Shown: positions 58,711 through 64,000 of the stretch, in pieces | Position numbering within the stretch: the first letter of the stretch is position 1 | Layout of the letters: every line of letters begins with the position of its first letter | From: the human T2T-CHM13v2.0 reference genome, Homo sapiens | Assembly (NCBI RefSeq): GCF_009914755.1 | Contig: NC_060938.1 | Strand: one strand, 5' to 3' | Length of the DNA stretch: 64,000 nucleotides | Notes under the pieces: generated by a model | The model's database searches: none | What the model was told of the DNA's origin: nothing | The model's input: the letters and a program-made list of their open reading frames with translations, nothing else | Position numbers and translations under genes: made by a program

Positions 58711-59217
58711 TGATTGGAAAGACCTGGTAGAAAGAGGGAAAAAATGAAGGTTTAGGGAAGAGAGGGAATAATTGCAGGAGAGAAGTCTGAGAGGGGCTTC
58801 AGGGACAAGGGAAAGTGATGGTCCTGGTTCTGTGACACATCTATGGCAACAAGAACAAAGGTGGGAGAAACAGGCACCGACTTGTATAGGATGAGAATCT
58901 TTAAAAGGAGAAGGTGAGGAAGTCCCTGTCTGGGAGTGGGCAGGGGCAGGTTGAGTTGAGGGGAGAAGGTGGGCAATCCCTTTGAGTAGTGGCTGTAAGC
59001 TCCCAGTGAGTTGGTTGGATTGCCAGGCTCCATTTGAGATTGGTGGCTATGAGTTTAAAGTGAAGTCAGTTTTTCCCCAGCTGTGTTCAGCTGCTCAGAT
59101 GCAGGTGAGGGATCGGTGAGTGGTTGGATTCACAGAGTGGTGAGAAAATTGAGGCTATATGTAAAGGAGTAAGGGTAATGATTGATTACAGAATCTAAGT
59201 GGGCTAAGTAGAAAAGT

Positions 59218-59916
59218 TGTAGTGGTTTAAAAAAATGTCCAGGCTGGGTGCCTTGGCTCACACCTATAATCACAGCACTTTGGGAGGCAGAGGCGGGAGG
59301 ATGGCTTGAGTGCAGGAGTTTGAGACCAGCTTGGGCAACATAGTGAGACCCCGTCTCTGTCTTTTAAAAAAAAAGTCCATAAGTTTTTTGATATTCCTCT
59401 TCTGAAGAGTGGAGCCTTGTTCCCCTCTCCCTGAGCGTTAACTGGATTTAGTGACTTGATCCTAACAGATAGAAAAAATGAACTGCAACAACAATGGATG
59501 TGAATCTGTGCCACTTCAGAGACTTGGTTAGAGAAGGCAATGTAGCTTTCTCCTTGCTCTTGCTCTTGGATCACTCACCCAGAAAGCTGCCATGTCGTGA
59601 GGATGTGCAGGCAGCCCCATGGAGAGCCCATGTGGCAAAAGACTAAGAGGACTTCTGCCAACAGTGAGTGAGGAACCGAGGCCTCCTACCAGAAGCCATG
59701 TGAGGGAGCCATCTTGGAAGTGGGTCCTGCAGCCCCAGTTGAGCCTTCAGATGACAGCAGCCTCAGCTGACAGCCTGACACAACCTCCTGGGAGGCTCTG
59801 AGCCAGAGATGCCTGGCTATGCCAACCTTGGGTACCAGACTCTCAGAAACTGTGAGGCCATAAATGCTGGCTGTTTTAACCTGGTAAGTTTGAAACACTC
59901 GTTACTCAGTATTGAG
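59218..59916 (+). mobile_element. MLT1F-like MaLR LTR with a FLAM/AluJ monomer at 59242-59375
   Basis: CCATGTGAGGGAGCCATCTTGGAAGTGG...CCAGTTGAGCCTTCAGATGAC...CTCAGAAACTGTGAG; monomer TSD AAAA(T/A)GTCCA. Confidence 0.85.
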
Positions 59917-60644
59917 AACTAATGCAGCAGTTAGTTCTTTTATCTTTCACTATCATGTAGTAAAAAGTGGAAGGGTTCATGGATCAGAGCCTCTGGGAGG
60001 TCGGGGTCCTTCAGAAAGCATCAGGAAGGAGAAGAGGTGGAAGTCAGAGAGGGAGAGGCCTGCAGTGGAGTGGTCCAGGTGCTACAGTGAGGGTACAGCA
60101 GAGTTCAACAGCTCTCAGTGTGAACTCCAGCCCTGCCCCATGTGTAGCTGTGCCACGTGGCCCAGGCACTTGACCTTCTGGAGTTCAGGTTGCTTATCTC
60201 ACAAGAAGACAATGTTGCTGTAGGTGGCATTAACCAGCCACTGGGGGAATCCAGTTCCCTCCCCACACCCCCCATTTCACCACCATGGAGCAGTTTCCGT
60301 GCAGGTAAGGAGGACACACAGGAGCCTGCATGGCAGGGAGCAGAGGCGGGACGTCGGCAGGACTTGTGGACCCATTGTGAGCATCTACTCTTTCCTGACC
60401 TGCTCCATTGGTGGACTCGCTCGTTTATGCAGATGTTTTTTGGTTTTTGGGCTCTCTTGGCCATTGTTTTTTTCTTTTTAAAGACAGGGTCTTGCTCTGT
60501 TGCCCAGGCTGGAGTGCAGTGGCATGATAAGGCTCATTGCAGCCTCACCTCCTGGGCTCAAATGGTCCACCCCCCTACCTTAGCCTTCCCCCTGCCCCTT
60601 TTTTTCTCCCTTTCACTGATGTGGCCAAAGGGTCCTGGGACAAA

Positions 60645-60768
60645 ACCCACACATATTGTACACCAGACACACCACACATTAGGCATACCACATGCACAAC
60701 ATACATGCCACACACACACACTACACAGTAGACACATCACACACACAATTCCACACACACCACACACA
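60645..60768. repeat. Degenerate (CA)n-rich simple repeat
   Basis: CA-rich tract. Confidence 0.85.
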
Positions 60769-61451
60769 GTGTTAATATGGAAGGAAGGCAAGGCCTGCTG
60801 GTGGAGGTGGGGACAAGCATGTGCGCCTGTCCCTTGCGGAGAGCAGGAATCCTTCCGACTCACACCCTTCGCCTAGTTCAGCCCTCAGGCCAAGAAGCCA
60901 TGGACCTGAGGCCAGTGCCCGACAGCCATTGTAGAGCAATCTGGCCTGGTCTTATCCTCCTGCTTGTGCCTCCCTGTGTCTCTGTGTGTGTGGAGGGGCA
61001 GGCCAAGGATCTGGGGACTCAGGATCCAGGCCAGAATGCTTCCCCCCGCCACAGCTAACAGGACCTGCTCGGAGTGAGGGTTGAATGAGATCACAGGTCT
61101 AAGCGCTGAGCTGGTGCCTTTTTTTCCTTCCTCCTTAGATAACTCCTGGGGTAGGGAGATTAGTTCCTTCCCATTTTCCTCTTATTCTTGCCCTGTGCAA
61201 GCCAGAGGGTGGGCAGGAAGACTCTGCAGCTGGCACCTAATATTAGGAAGAGCCAAGAGAGGACCCACTGAGGCACATTGCCGACTGGAGTGCATGCTTG
61301 TCTCCTGCTCCTCACTTCACCGTCCTGTGACTCAGATTGGGTTAGCAAAATGTAGTGGCATCTTTTGGCACAAACGCCGTGGAGCAATGTTGCATGATGA
61401 CATGTACCACACAGCTTGATGGTTTCACCTCCATCAGAAACACCCCAGAGT

Positions 61452-61821
<370 letters not shown>

Positions 61822-63620
61822 TCAGTGTAGAAAACAGAGCTTTGGAGGCCTAAGAAGGCAGTAAAAATGGAGACTCTTCTTGTAGATGCATTTATTAAAA
61901 GGGAATAACTACTAGAGAAGGCAAAGTCATGTAGATGAGGGGTGGAGGGATTTTCAGGAAGCCTCTCTATGACCATCTGCTGGTCCATCCGCACAGCTAA
62001 AGCTCAGCCTCTATTTACAAAGACAAGACGATGCATACAGAATGGAAGATTATTTTGACAAACTTACTCTGAAACACAGCCTATTCCCACCCTTAGAAAG
62101 TGACTGTACTAGCCTCAGGAGTCACTGCTACACTAAGCTCACTCTCTGGGCCAGCACCATGCCAGGCCTCCTACACTCATGATCTCAAATCCACTCAAAG
62201 CCCTACAAGGTCAGGAGTCAGCTGCCCACTTGACTGAGGATCATAAAAGTGAAGCGCTTGTCTTGGGCCATTTGGTGGATCCAAGATCTGAGCTCAAATC
62301 TGAACCAGGGTTGGGATACAGCTTGCCACTGTCTGGCACCTGCTGTCTACACTCACTCTCTCACCCCGCTCTATTCTGTGCCAGTCTTTTTCATAGAGCC
62401 TAAAAGTCAGATGTGTGTTTGTCTTCACTCTGTACGTCCCACATCAGCATATCTCTCACAGTGACACTAGCCGCATTACAGATGAATTTCCAAATCTTAG
62501 TAGCTTGGCAAAATTAAAATTTAGTCCTAATCTACAAAATGCCAGACAGGGATTTTTGACCAACTGGTATCTCTTCTCCATGCACTGTTTTGGGACCCTG
62601 GATCCTTCCTTCTTATGTGTGGCTTGCCAACTCTAACCCCCGGTTCCAGGGCAAAGGGGGAGTTCATGCAGGACCATCGATGGGAGAGTTTATGGACCAC
62701 ATTTCAGAACGTGGTCACACCTAACGCAAGGCGTCTGGGAGACGTAGGCTAGCTGTGTGCCAGAAGGAGAAGAAAACGGGTTTGGAGAGTGGGAAGCCTG
62801 GCCTGCCACGCCAGCCTGGGCCCCAGCAGTAACTTTTTGAGCTGTGCTATATGGATGTTTATCTCCTCTCTGTCCCAGGGTGCTGAGTGGTGACCAAATT
62901 CTTTCAAAAATTTGGGCCAAAAGAAAAGGAAGGGTATATGAGAGTGGATGGTAGAGTTGGGTGGGTTTCAAGCCTTCTAGCTCAACAAGTTACTGTCCCA
63001 GGTCCCTAGGACAGTTTCCCCGACACACCCACATGAATGCTCATGAGGCTGTGAGCTCCTAGGAGATGGGCCATGTCCTCTTCATTGCTGTACCCCAAGG
63101 TCTAGTTCAGGGACTGGATGCTCAGTAAATGTGTTAAATGAAGAACTGAAGTCAGAATGTTATGTGACAAACCAATCAGGTGTGAACTTGACAATGCACT
63201 TCCCAATCACAGGGAGGCTTGAACCCTCTGGAGGCTGCATCCGTAGAGGATTTACAGTGCCTGTCACTCATGCTAGGAGGAGAAAGGTAGAAACAGATCT
63301 GGGACCAATTCATAGTATGGGTCAGACTCTGTTGCTTCCATTCACTGAATCCCAATTTGGAGTTCAAAAGTCATATTTCATTAAGATCAGCAAAAGTTCT
63401 CTTCCCAAGCCCTGTGAGGAAATTGGAAAATGCCGTTGGTTCTGAGAACTTCAGAAGGGGTGCTGTGAGGTTTTAAGGAAGGGTTCTGGAAGTCCATGGA
63501 TTTTGTTCTGCTAGAGTAGGAGACAGCAAACTATGGACTAACAAATAAGTCTAGCCTGCCACCTGTTTTTGTATAGTGTCCCAGCTTGCAATGGTTTCTA
63601 CATTTAAAAAACATTGTGTG

Positions 63621-64000
<380 letters not shown>

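Noticed and set aside
60157-60876. 239-aa ORF
   Set aside because: Non-ATG start; runs through a MIR, an Alu fragment and a CA-rich repeat.

Overview
Primate (human-like) genomic DNA, apparently intergenic or intronic. It is dominated by interspersed repeats: about 30 Alu copies (FLAM/J/S/Y), MIR, L2, L1 fragments, hAT DNA transposon fossils and an unusually varied set of LTRs (MLT1, MLT2A, THE1, MER21, MER50, MER61, LTR19-like, LTR33-like), including one full-length THE1A element. No conventional conserved protein-coding gene, rRNA, tRNA or CRISPR array is visible, and almost all ORFs in the track are Alu, microsatellite or chance ORFs. The strongest candidate for something new is a three-exon, phase-consistent 100-codon ORF (32279-32357, 35517-35570, 36167-36336, + strand). 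It starts 41 bp outside a MER61 solo LTR with amplified ATGTAAAT repeats and uses an exonised MIR, so it may be a transposon-assembled de novo gene or lncRNA microprotein. Other points of interest: a THE1A internal frame of 425 codons broken by one stop, an LTR with an apparent APOBEC3 GA>AA signature, a strong CTCF motif, a MIR with an intact B-box, two CpG-retaining enhancer-like unique segments, and several palindromic or tandem arrays. Repeat family names are from recognition of consensus motifs by eye, not from a search, and boundaries of old repeats are approximate.
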